A DNA stretch of 64,000 bases from an uncultured Thermoanaerobaculia bacterium. GTDB lineage: Bacteria; Acidobacteriota; Thermoanaerobaculia; Multivoradales; Multivoraceae. This document shows positions 30,543 through 39,789 of this stretch, piece after piece. Positions within the stretch are counted from its first letter, which is position 1. Every line of letters begins with the position of its first letter. The stretch is from assembly GCA_951813015.1 (NCBI GenBank), contig CATOTG010000002.1, positions 487,475 to 551,474 on the forward strand, given 5' to 3'. The position numbers and the translations under genes were made by a program. The notes under the pieces were generated by a model. That model saw nothing but the letters and a program-made list of their open reading frames with translations. It was not told the origin of the DNA and made no database searches.

Positions 30543-30808
30543 CTCTTCGTAGAGCCCGGCATCGTTGCTCCTCGGTCGCCCTTGTTCCCGGGATTGCGGG
30601 CGGCCCGACATGCTCCCTTGTCGCGCCTTGCCGGGCGGGCGCCTGGCCACTCTCCGCGCCACACGGACTTCTGCCACGGGCTGCTTGGGCAGCGGCGCAC
30701 CGGGAGCAACGAAAGAGGGGCCGCGCCGGACGTCTTGTGCTGCACGGAGTGCCGGCTTCTGCCGGCGCTGGTCGGCGCCTGGTCCCGGCCTGCTACCCTC
30801 CGCCCGCG

Positions 30809-31543
30809 ATGAACTCAACCACCGCGCTCGCTTCCTCCCTGGCCGCCGGCCTGGCGCTTGCGACCGGCCTGGTCGGCGTGCTCGGCGCCCGCCTGGACCT
30901 GATCGCCCCCCTGGCCGGTTTCGGCCTGTTCGCCCTGCTCATGCCTCTGGGCTGCGCACTCGCCCTGCTCCTCGGCCTGATCGGAGTGTTCCGGACGCGG
31001 CCCAGGCAACGTCGCGGAGGCGCTTCGCAGGCCTGGGGCGGCATCCTCCTTTCGACCGTGATTCTCGGCAGCGTCCTCGTGCTCGCCAACGCCAGTCCCG
31101 AAGTGCCGGCGATCCACGACATCACGACGAACATCGACGATCCGCCGGTCTTCGAGGCGGCCGCCTCCCGGGACAGCCGCAGTCGCGGGTTCGCCTACCC
31201 GAGCGGCGGCGCGCACGTCCCGGACCTCCAGCGGCAGGCCTATCCCGACCTCGGCACGCTGCAGCTGGACATCTCGCGGCAGGAGGCGCTCCGGCGCGTC
31301 CGGCACACGGCCCAGGACATGAACTGGGAACCGATCGGAGGCGACGACGCGAGCGGACAGATCGAGTTCGCCGACACCACGCCGGCATTCCGGTTCGTCG
31401 ATTTCGTCGCGGTCCGGGTCCGGGCCGCCCGGAGCGGCGCCGCCGTCGACGTGCGCTCCGTGTCCCAGGTCGGCGTCAGCGACCTGGGCAAGAACGCGGA
31501 CCGCATCCGCCGCTTCCTGGACCGCCTGAGAGCCGCCGACTGA
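30809..31543 (+). CDS. DUF1499 domain membrane protein
   Basis: PAIHDITT..DPPVF, Q..AYPDL, FRFVDFVAVRV, DVRSVSQVGVSDLGKNADRI. Confidence 0.9.
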   Translation: MNSTTALASSLAAGLALATGLVGVLGARLDLIAPLAGFGLFALLMPLGCALALLLGLIGVFRTRPRQRRGGASQAWGGILLSTVILGSVLVLANASPEVPAIHDITTNIDDPPVFEAAASRDSRSRGFAYPSGGAHVPDLQRQAYPDLGTLQLDISRQEALRRVRHTAQDMNWEPIGGDDASGQIEFADTTPAFRFVDFVAVRVRAARSGAAVDVRSVSQVGVSDLGKNADRIRRFLDRLRAAD

Positions 31544-31623
31544 GCGGCTACGATACCGCTCTTTCCGCCCAACTTCTCCACCGTCAACACACCGGCGCGC
31601 CCGCGCCAGGAGACACCACCGAC

Positions 31624-33714
31624 ATGACTGCACTCACCGACATGGTCGACTACGAGGTACGCGGCGAAGTCGCCCTGATCGTGATCGACAACCCGCCCGT
31701 CAACGCGCTCAGCCACGGCGTGCGCGCCGGCATGGTCGAGGGACTGGCGAAGGCGGAAGCCGATGAACAGGTCGCCGCGGTGCTCCTGGTCTGCAAGGGC
31801 CGCACCTTCATCGCCGGCGCCGACATCACCGAGTTCGGCAAGCCGATGAAGGCGCCCGGCCTCAACGAGGCGATCGAGGCGATGGAGAACGCGACCAAGC
31901 CCGTCGTGGCGGCGATTCACGGCACGGCACTCGGCGGCGGCCTCGAAACGGCGATGGCCAGCCACTACCGCGTGGGGGTCTCCTCGGCCCGCTTCGGCCA
32001 GCCCGAGGTCAAGCTGGGGATTCTGCCGGGCGCCGGAGGCACCCAGCGGCTGCCGCGGTTGGTCGGCTACCCGAAGGCGCTCGAGATGTGCGTGATCGGC
32101 AACCCGATAGGCGCCGCGGAAGCGCTCGAGGGCGGCCTGATCGACGAGGTCGTGGACGACGTGTTCGAGGGCGGCGTCACCTTCGCCGAAAAGCTGATCG
32201 CCGAGGACCGGCCGCTCAAGAAGATCCGCGACCTCGACGAGAGAGTGAACGAGGCCCGTGCCAACCGGAAGGAGATCTTCGACGGCTTCCGGCGCAAGAT
32301 CGCCCGCCGCACGCGCGGCTTCGAGGCGCCGGAGGCGAACATCCGGGCAATCGAGGCCGGCCTCGACATGTCCTTCGACGAAGCGCTCGACTACGAGCGG
32401 CAACTGTTCGGGGAGCTGATGGCGGGCAAGCAGTCGATCGCCCAGCGCTACTACTTCTTCGCCGAGCGCGAGGCCGCCAAGGTGCCCGACGTGCCCCGCA
32501 CCACTCCGCTGCGCAAGATCGAGAAGGTCGGCGTCCTCGGCTGCGGCACGATGGGCGGCGGCATCTCGATGAACTTCGCGAACCGCGGCATCGGCGTGAC
32601 GATCGTCGAGGCGGAGCAGAGCCGGCTCGACCACGGCTTCGGCGTGATCCGCAAGAACTACGAACGAACCGCCAAACGCGGCCGCATGACCAACGAACAG
32701 GTCGACCAGTGCATGGGGCTGCTCCAGGGGGTCACCGACCGCGAGGCGCTCGCCGACTGCGACCTGGTGATCGAAGCGGTGTTCGAAAACATGGACCTCA
32801 AGAAGGAGATCTTCGCGAGCCTCGACCGGATCGTGAAGCCGGGCGCCATCCTGGCCACGAACACCTCGGCGCTCGACGTGAACGAAATCGCAGCCGCCAC
32901 GAGCCGCCCCGAGGACGTGATCGGCATGCACTTCTTCTCGCCGGCGAACATCATGCGCCTGCTCGAGGTCGTGCGCGGCGAGAAGACGGCGAAGGACGTG
33001 ATCCACACCTCGATGACGATCTCCAAGCAGATCGGCAAGGTCCCGGTGCTGGTCGGCGTTTGCCGCGGCTTCGTCGGCAACCGAATCCTGTTCCAGCGCC
33101 AGGTGCAGGCGCAGCAGATCATCCTGAAGGGCGCGAAGTACTACGACGTGGACCGCGTCCTCTACGACTTCGGCTTCCCGATGGGTCCGTTCGCGATGAG
33201 CGACCTCGCCGGTCTTGACATCGGCTGGAACGAGAAGGAGTCGGCGTCCCGCGACATCCGCGAGATCCTGTGCGAGTCCGGCCGGCGCGGCCAGAAGAAC
33301 GGTCGCGGCTACTACGTTTACGACGCGGAAACCCGCGCCTCGGCGCCGGACCCCGAAGTGCTGCAGATCATCAGCGACTTCGGTTCCGCCCAGGGCATCG
33401 ACCAGCGCGAAGTCGGCGAAGACGAGATCCTCGAACGCTGCCTCTATCCCATGGTCAACGAGGGAGCGAAGATCCTCGAAGAGGGGATCGCGATCCGGCC
33501 CTCCGACATCGACGTGATCTGGGTCAACGGCTACGGCTGGCCGGTGTACCGGGGCGGCCCGATGCACTGGGGAGACAGCGTGGGCCTCGGAAAGATCGCC
33601 GGCCGCATGCGGGAATTCCAGGCCGAGAGCGGCGATGACTTCTGGCAGCCGTCCGCACTGCTGGCGGAACTGGCCGACGCCGGCAAGAGCTTCAGCGACT
33701 GGAGCGCCGGCTGA
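31624..33714 (+). CDS. Enoyl-CoA hydratase / 3-hydroxyacyl-CoA dehydrogenase (FadB-like bifunctional enzyme)
   Basis: [59 protein letters not shown] aggag. Confidence 0.95.
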   Translation: MTALTDMVDYEVRGEVALIVIDNPPVNALSHGVRAGMVEGLAKAEADEQVAAVLLVCKGRTFIAGADITEFGKPMKAPGLNEAIEAMENATKPVVAAIHGTALGGGLETAMASHYRVGVSSARFGQPEVKLGILPGAGGTQRLPRLVGYPKALEMCVIGNPIGAAEALEGGLIDEVVDDVFEGGVTFAEKLIAEDRPLKKIRDLDERVNEARANRKEIFDGFRRKIARRTRGFEAPEANIRAIEAGLDMSFDEALDYERQLFGELMAGKQSIAQRYYFFAEREAAKVPDVPRTTPLRKIEKVGVLGCGTMGGGISMNFANRGIGVTIVEAEQSRLDHGFGVIRKNYERTAKRGRMTNEQVDQCMGLLQGVTDREALADCDLVIEAVFENMDLKKEIFASLDRIVKPGAILATNTSALDVNEIAAATSRPEDVIGMHFFSPANIMRLLEVVRGEKTAKDVIHTSMTISKQIGKVPVLVGVCRGFVGNRILFQRQVQAQQIILKGAKYYDVDRVLYDFGFPMGPFAMSDLAGLDIGWNEKESASRDIREILCESGRRGQKNGRGYYVYDAETRASAPDPEVLQIISDFGSAQGIDQREVGEDEILERCLYPMVNEGAKILEEGIAIRPSDIDVIWVNGYGWPVYRGGPMHWGDSVGLGKIAGRMREFQAESGDDFWQPSALLAELADAGKSFSDWSAG

Positions 33715-33737
33715 GGGAGACGCGCGTCGAGATCGGA

Positions 33738-34670
33738 TTGACGCCCTGGGTCGACTACCTGGGCGACGAGGCGGCACAGGTCGCCGGCCAGGCGGCGTTC
33801 GCCGACCGGCTCGGTTTCCACTCGCTGTTCCTGCCGGAGAGCCACTTCACGGGGGCCGCTTCCTGCCCGTCGCCGCTTGTCGTGCTGGCCGCCGCGGCAG
33901 CCAGGACGAAGCGGCTGCGGCTCGGCACGACCTCCTACCTGCTGCCGGTCCGCAACGCCTTCCAGGCCGCCGAGGAGGTCGCGGTCCTCGACCGAATCTC
34001 GAACGGCCGGGTGATCCTCGGCCTGGGCCGCGGTTTCCGGCCGGCGCTCTTCGCCGCCTTCGGCGTCGACCCGCGGACCAAGCGCCAGCGTTTCTCCGAG
34101 TCTCTCGACCTGATGAAGCGCGCCTGGGCCGGCGAAGCGATCGAGGTAGGCGAAGGGGAAGCGCGCACCCGCATCCGCCTGTCCCCGCTGCCGGTACAGC
34201 AGCCGCATCCCGAACTCTGGGTCGCCGCGTTCGGCCCGCTGGCGCTGAAGCAGGCCGGCAGGCTCGGCCTGCCCTACCTGTCGTCGCCGCTCGAGACGAT
34301 CAAGCGGCTCGAAGCGAACCACCAGGTCCACCGCGACGCCCTTCCCGCCGGCGCCCCGCGACCCGTCGTGCCCCTGATGCGCACCGTCTTCGTGTCGGAC
34401 AACCCGCAGCTAACGAATCGCGTTCGCTCCGGCCTGATCGCCCAGGCGGTACGCATGGCGCGCTCGGGCAGCCGCCTGGTCAGCGAAGACGAGATCCTGG
34501 ACATTGACAACTGGGCACTCGTGGGCGATCTGCCGCGGGTCCGGGACGGCATCGACCGCTACCGCGCCCAGGTCGGCATGACGCACCTGATCGCGCGCTG
34601 CGGCGTCCCCGATGCGGCGCCGAAGGAGGTGCGCCGGAGCCTGCGTCTGCTGGCGACCCTCAATGCCTGA
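33738..34670 (+). CDS. LLM class flavin-dependent oxidoreductase (start may lie a few codons upstream)
   Basis: SLFLPESHF, LRLGT, AEEVAVLDRISNGRVILGLGRG, PVQQPHP. Confidence 0.9.
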   Translation: MTPWVDYLGDEAAQVAGQAAFADRLGFHSLFLPESHFTGAASCPSPLVVLAAAAARTKRLRLGTTSYLLPVRNAFQAAEEVAVLDRISNGRVILGLGRGFRPALFAAFGVDPRTKRQRFSESLDLMKRAWAGEAIEVGEGEARTRIRLSPLPVQQPHPELWVAAFGPLALKQAGRLGLPYLSSPLETIKRLEANHQVHRDALPAGAPRPVVPLMRTVFVSDNPQLTNRVRSGLIAQAVRMARSGSRLVSEDEILDIDNWALVGDLPRVRDGIDRYRAQVGMTHLIARCGVPDAAPKEVRRSLRLLATLNA

Positions 34671-34844
34671 GGCGCGACGGCGTCAGTTCTCGGTCACCAG
34701 GTCCTCGCCCAGGCCGCAGGGCAGCCGCCACTGGCAGACGACAACTTGTCGGGGTTCGCCGTCCATCTCGCCGAGGCCCCGGCCGCCGCGTCCGAGCCCG
34801 GCCACGACGAACACGAGGTGTGCTCGCCCCGCTTCGACCTGCCG

Positions 34845-35993
34845 TCAGTTGGAGGCGGCAACCCGCCGCCGCAGGCCGCGGCATCGCGCCAACTCGGCCC
34901 CACTGAGATCGAAGTTCACCGTCAGACGGTAGTCGAACGCAACCGCCTCTCCGTCGAGGCTGGCTGGCTCGAACTTCCACTGCCGGGCCGCGGCGACGGC
35001 GGATTCCGACAGCTCGGGAAGGCCCCGGAGGACGCGGATTCGTTGCACTGTCCCGTCCCGGTCGATTCCGAGCTCAAGGAGAACATCGCCCTGCATGCAT
35101 GCCCTGCGGGCGAAGTTGGAGTAGACGGGCGGCACAACCTTCGTCCGCACCGGCCCCCTGAAGCCGCGAGCTATCTCGAGCGCACTCGACCCTTCGGGCA
35201 GGACTACCGCATCGAGGGCGTTCAGACTCGCCCGGATCGCCCCCAGGGCTCCTGCCCGCGCGACCTGAGCCAAGTTCAGATCCGGAGCCTCCTCGTCACT
35301 GCGGTCCGGAGGCTGGTCCTCCAGAGCCGCCGCCGATTCGTTCTTCCGGTCACGGCAGCGTTCGCTCACGAAGGAGGCGTCCTTCATCCTGGCCACGCCT
35401 TCGACCAGCGACTCGATGAACGGACCGGCGACACCGGTCTCGTAGACCTGCATCCCGTGGTCCAGACGGCTTCCCGCTCTGGTCAGCAGTGCCTCAGCCT
35501 CCGCCGTGTCTCCCTGGATCCCCTCAAGTGCCAGGAGCGCCCCGGCAACCGCATCCCGCGCCTCCTCCAGACCGAACGACTCCACCATCTCGACCAGTCG
35601 ATCGATCCTCGTCCCGGCAGAGAAGCCGGCTCTGACGGCCGTGCTCGTCCAGGCGCTCTCGGGGTCCTCACCGCAGAAACCGATGAGCGGCACGGTGACG
35701 CCGTCCGTCGTCTCCCGCGAGGGGGTCGCAAGATCGAAAGACATCCGGCCGGCGCCCGCGATGACCTCCAGGACCGGCTCCATGTCGCTCTTCTTCCCGA
35801 GCAACCTGCCGGCGGTCTCGACGTCTTCGAAGGCGCCCCTGAGCAACCCCGTCACGACCCGTTGGCTCTCCTCGATCGAACGGATGAGGTCTGCCGAAAC
35901 GAGGACCATCCGCATCGGGTCCGTTCGCTCCTGGGCGGGCACGGACACGCTGGTCAGCCCTGCGACAAGGAACACGGACCAGGTTCGTCCCAT
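34845..35993 (-). CDS. Exported protein with C-terminal TonB_C domain
   Basis: PVYSNFARRACMQGDVLLELGIDRDG..AARQWKFEPA.LDG; signal-like N-terminus. Confidence 0.85.
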   Translation of the reverse strand: MGRTWSVFLVAGLTSVSVPAQERTDPMRMVLVSADLIRSIEESQRVVTGLLRGAFEDVETAGRLLGKKSDMEPVLEVIAGAGRMSFDLATPSRETTDGVTVPLIGFCGEDPESAWTSTAVRAGFSAGTRIDRLVEMVESFGLEEARDAVAGALLALEGIQGDTAEAEALLTRAGSRLDHGMQVYETGVAGPFIESLVEGVARMKDASFVSERCRDRKNESAAALEDQPPDRSDEEAPDLNLAQVARAGALGAIRASLNALDAVVLPEGSSALEIARGFRGPVRTKVVPPVYSNFARRACMQGDVLLELGIDRDGTVQRIRVLRGLPELSESAVAAARQWKFEPASLDGEAVAFDYRLTVNFDLSGAELARCRGLRRRVAASN

Positions 35994-36019
35994 CGCGCCG
36001 GCACATGGCCAACTGTCGG

Positions 36020-37159
36020 TCACTGCCGCGGATCCTCCGGTCGCGAAACCCTGCCCGCACAATCGGCCGGTGCATGGAAGTTGACTGCCACATTGTAGTA
36101 AACGTCGACCGGCCGTCCATCGAGTGTCGCCGGCTCGAACTTCCAGCGCCTGATCGCCGTCACCGCGGCATCGGTCAGTCCCGGGAGCGACCTGAGCACG
36201 CTGACGGCTCGAACCGTTCCCGCCTTCGTGATCACCGCCTGGAGGATCACGGTCCCCTCGATGCAGGCTTCGCGCGCCCGACCCGTGTAGCGCGGGTCCA
36301 CCGACCTGATCTTGCGTGGCGCCCGCACCTCGGCGCGAACGTACCGCGGGAGTCCGTCGAGGTGGGCCGGTGGCGTCGTCGCGGCAGCAACCGCCTCGAG
36401 CGCGCTCGCCAGCGCGCCGGAGGTTGCCTTCCTGCGAGCCTTGATCCCGTCTGCTGGAGCCAGTCCCGCGGCCGGCGGCGCCGACGACGACGAGGCCGTC
36501 GCGGAAGGGGCGCAGATCCTGTCGACCTCGGCTGGATCCGTTGCTTCGCCGCGAGCCTTCACGACGGCGTCCGCAAAGGGAAGCAGCACTCTGCGGCTAT
36601 AGATGTCGAGTGCTCCGGCGAGACGCTTCCGTACCAGGGCCAGACTCTGCCGAAGCTCGGCGGCCTTGCCCCTGCCCCTGGTGGGCTCCGCATCCAGAGC
36701 CGCGAGCAGCGTCTCCACCGCGCCATGCGCCGGCTCCAGGCGAAACCGGTCGAGGGCCTGCGTGAACGCCTCCACCTGCTGCCGCGCAAGAGCAACCGCA
36801 ACCCGGTCCTCCTCCGCCATCGACACGCCCGCCATGCGCGCACAGAGCGCCGCCGACGAAATCGAAAGTCCCTCGGCTACCGCTACCGCTTCGAAGCGCT
36901 CGGAGAGCGAGCGGGACTGAGCCGCGGCGGTCTCGAGGTTGGTCAGAATCGGCCCCCAGCTGTCTTTCCCGGTCCGCGGAGCGACCGCCAGCTCGTCGCG
37001 AGCCGTTCCCACGAGTCGCGTGATCCGGTCCTGGTTCGCGACCAGTTCAGCCATCTCCGCCGCCGGAACCAGCGTCAGTCTCCCCGGTTCCCGGGCCACG
37101 AGGGGAGCCGCCGGCCACAAGCCGGCCACCGCCATCCCGACGGCGATCCCTCCAGTCAC
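36020..37159 (-). CDS. Exported protein with C-terminal TonB_C domain (paralog of the adjacent gene)
   Basis: PRYTGRAREACIEGTVILQAVI..AIRRWKFEPATLDGRPV; start uncertain. Confidence 0.85.
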   Translation of the reverse strand: MTGGIAVGMAVAGLWPAAPLVAREPGRLTLVPAAEMAELVANQDRITRLVGTARDELAVAPRTGKDSWGPILTNLETAAAQSRSLSERFEAVAVAEGLSISSAALCARMAGVSMAEEDRVAVALARQQVEAFTQALDRFRLEPAHGAVETLLAALDAEPTRGRGKAAELRQSLALVRKRLAGALDIYSRRVLLPFADAVVKARGEATDPAEVDRICAPSATASSSSAPPAAGLAPADGIKARRKATSGALASALEAVAAATTPPAHLDGLPRYVRAEVRAPRKIRSVDPRYTGRAREACIEGTVILQAVITKAGTVRAVSVLRSLPGLTDAAVTAIRRWKFEPATLDGRPVDVYYNVAVNFHAPADCAGRVSRPEDPRQ

Positions 37160-37281
37160 GCGAGCGCGCCTGAACAGTGGCCCCGGATACGGACGGCACA
37201 CGTCGACACTCCCTGCGCGCCCGGACGGGCGGCTCTGGCAGCTCTCCGGGAACACCCCGGAGTCCGTGGTTGCCGGCATTG

Positions 37282-37923
37282 TCAGGACGACACGCAGGCG
37301 TCCGGAAAGGCGTTGGAAGCCGTAAGTGCCGGGTGGCCCTTCGCGAGGACATTCGCCTGGTAGTCCTCATCCGACTCATCGGGCATCTGCGCGCGCCGGC
37401 TGTGGGGTTCGAAGTGGAAGGTTTTCGAGTTGACGAGCATTCGGCCGTCGGCATCCTGGTCCGGGAGGGTCGTATCACGAACGACGAGCGTCATTCCGAC
37501 GTCGCTGGCCGACGCGGCGTACACCCAGTGGTGCTCGTTGACGGCGCAGCCATCCAGCACCTTGAGCAGCACTTCCCAGTTGTTGTGGTCGAAGAAGTAG
37601 AACAAGCCCGAGTCCTTCGTCCGCGGTCTCGCCACTTTGGCCGAGCCCTTCTCCCCGTCCGGCTTCTCCCACTCGATCGTCACGGAGTAGCGGCCGTCCC
37701 GCAGGCACATGACCGTCTCGGACTCGACGCAGCCCCCGTCCTCGCTGGCCGCCGGCGCCAAATCCGACGCGGCAGTCCCGTCAGGCGCCTCGTTGCCCCG
37801 GGCTCCAGCCGGCGCGACAACAAACACCAACAGCGCCAGCCCTGAGAGCAAGCCGGCGAACAGACCGCTCCCGAATCCCCCGCGCCCGGTCAACCGGAAC
37901 GAACCTTCCTGTGATCTGGACAC
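37282..37923 (-). CDS. Secreted protein with Acidobacteria-type Cys-containing domain (CL..GRY..W..SGLFYFF..NWEVLLKVLDGC)
   Basis: Signal peptide plus a motif typical of Thermoanaerobaculia secreted proteins. Confidence 0.75.
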   Translation of the reverse strand: MSRSQEGSFRLTGRGGFGSGLFAGLLSGLALLVFVVAPAGARGNEAPDGTAASDLAPAASEDGGCVESETVMCLRDGRYSVTIEWEKPDGEKGSAKVARPRTKDSGLFYFFDHNNWEVLLKVLDGCAVNEHHWVYAASASDVGMTLVVRDTTLPDQDADGRMLVNSKTFHFEPHSRRAQMPDESDEDYQANVLAKGHPALTASNAFPDACVSS

Positions 37924-38126
37924 CTGTCTTGCCTCCCTGGGTCGCGTGCGACCCGTCAGGTATGAGGTCGCTGCCTACTCTAGCCCCCACCGAAAGCCCG
38001 AGACAAGACACCGTCGCGGTTCGAACCGCCCGCCGGGTCGACCCGATGCAGCGACCTCGTCCACACCGGGCCGTGTAGAGTCGCCCTCGCCCGACTACAA
38101 GACCCGGACCCAATCCTGGAGGCAAC

Positions 38127-39725
38127 ATGGCCGAGACTCGCCGCCGCAGATACGCGGCCCACTGGACCGTTGCGCTGGTCGCAACACTCTCGTTCCTGGC
38201 CGCAGCAGCGACCGCCGGCGCCGACGACGCCGTCGTCAAGACGGAATCCGGCAAGCTGCGAGGCGAGGTTCTCGACGCAGACAGCGGCCTTGCCGTCTAC
38301 CGCGGCATTCCGTTCGCGGCGGCGCCGGTCGGCGAACTGCGCTGGAAGGCGCCGCAACCGGCGCCGCAGTGGAACGGGGTGCGCGACGCGACGGAGTTCG
38401 GCGCCATCTGTCCCCAGAGCCCGGCTCTGGCCATGATGACCGGCGAGTCGCTGCCGAAGAGTTCCGAGGACTGCCTCTACCTCAACGTCTGGACGACCGC
38501 CGGCGAAGACGACGACCTGCGGCCGGTGATGGTCTGGATCCACGGCGGGGGGTTGAGTCTTGGCTGGAGCCATCAGGCGCAATACGACGGCGCCGCCTTC
38601 GCAGGCAGGGGCGTGGTCCTCGTGTCGATCAACTACCGGCTCGGACCGCTCGGCTACCTTGCGCACCCGGCGCTGTCGAAGGAATCCGGCGGCGAATCGG
38701 GCAACTATGGCTTCCTGGACCAGATCGCGGCGCTTGGGTGGGTCAACCGGAACATCGCCCGGTTCGGAGGCGACCCGAACAACGTGACGATCTTCGGTGA
38801 GTCCGCCGGCGGCGCCAGCGTCCACGCGCTGATGGCGAGCCCGCAGGCGAAGGGTCTCATCCACCGGGCGATCGCGGAGAGCCCCTGGGTCACGGACACG
38901 AACATCCGCCCGCTGCGCGGCGCCAGGGGACAACTCGCCAGCGCCGAGGATGTCGGGGTCGCCTGGGCCACGGCGATGGTCGGCGACGGCGCCAAGCAGA
39001 CCGCGAAGGCTCTGCGTGCCCTCGACGCCGGCACGATCATTGCCAGGACCGCCCAGGGCGGCGCGCTCGGCAGCTACGAACCGCACGTGACCTACGGCAC
39101 GGCCTTCATGCCCGAGTCGAGCGAAGACCGGTACACGGCAGGGAAGCAGAACGACATCCCCTTGATCGCGGGCACGAACCGCAACGAGGGCACGATGTTC
39201 ATGGCCTTCGAGCCTCTCACCGAGCGGGCGCAGTTCCTCGAAACGCTGAAGGGCGTCTACGGAGATCAGGCCGAAGAAGTGGCGAAGCTCTACCCGTCGT
39301 CGAACGCCGACGAGCTCAAGGTGCAGCACGACCGCTTCCTGACCGACACCTGGTTCCTGCGCGGCACTCGCAGGATGCTGCTCGGCATGGACAGGGTCTC
39401 CTCGCCAGCGTTCCAGTACTTCTTCACCCGCGTGAACCCGGAGAACCCGGCCTGGGGCGCGCACCATGCGGCCGAACTGGGATACGTCTTCAACACGCTC
39501 GAGGGCGAGAACTACGAAGAGACGGACGATCGCCTGGCGGCGCTGATGATTGACTACTGGGTCCAGTTCGCCCGTACCGGAGACCCGAACGGCGGCGGCC
39601 GACCCGCCTGGCCTGAGTTCGATGGCAAGAAGCAGGCGTATCTTGAGTTCGGCGACGAGGTGAAGACGGGCGCGGCGCTGGAACGGGAGATCAACGACCG
39701 GCTCGAGGCGATCCGCGGACAGTAG
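38127..39725 (+). CDS. Type B carboxylesterase (PnbA-like), exported
   Basis: SEDCLYLNVW, WIHGGG, GESAG nucleophile elbow, HAAELGY. Confidence 0.95.
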   Translation: MAETRRRRYAAHWTVALVATLSFLAAAATAGADDAVVKTESGKLRGEVLDADSGLAVYRGIPFAAAPVGELRWKAPQPAPQWNGVRDATEFGAICPQSPALAMMTGESLPKSSEDCLYLNVWTTAGEDDDLRPVMVWIHGGGLSLGWSHQAQYDGAAFAGRGVVLVSINYRLGPLGYLAHPALSKESGGESGNYGFLDQIAALGWVNRNIARFGGDPNNVTIFGESAGGASVHALMASPQAKGLIHRAIAESPWVTDTNIRPLRGARGQLASAEDVGVAWATAMVGDGAKQTAKALRALDAGTIIARTAQGGALGSYEPHVTYGTAFMPESSEDRYTAGKQNDIPLIAGTNRNEGTMFMAFEPLTERAQFLETLKGVYGDQAEEVAKLYPSSNADELKVQHDRFLTDTWFLRGTRRMLLGMDRVSSPAFQYFFTRVNPENPAWGAHHAAELGYVFNTLEGENYEETDDRLAALMIDYWVQFARTGDPNGGGRPAWPEFDGKKQAYLEFGDEVKTGAALEREINDRLEAIRGQ

Positions 39726-39789
39726 GCAAGGTAGACAACCTGAAGCAGACTCGCGAGGCGGACTGGGTGAGACGCGGAAGCCGGGCCCG

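Larger units (their letters stand above)
28555..30684. mobile_element. Split MITE (19-bp perfect TIRs) enclosing about 1.9 kb of cargo between 19-bp direct repeats
   Basis: gcagcccgtggcagaagtc 28555-28573 / gacttctgccacgggctgc 30666-30684; gcccggcatcgttgctcct at 28602-28620 and 30554-30572; arms match the MITE at 6937-7182. Confidence 0.75.

Noticed and set aside
30565..31623. N-terminal extension making a 1049-aa FadB fusion
   Set aside because: The extension overlaps the MITE arm and the DUF1499 gene in another frame; the real start is ATG 31624 with an RBS.
33711..33740. Non-canonical CTG/ACG start for the LLM gene (RVEIGLTPW lies upstream of TTG)
   Set aside because: Plausible but cannot be distinguished from a sequence error or a TTG start; no further evidence.
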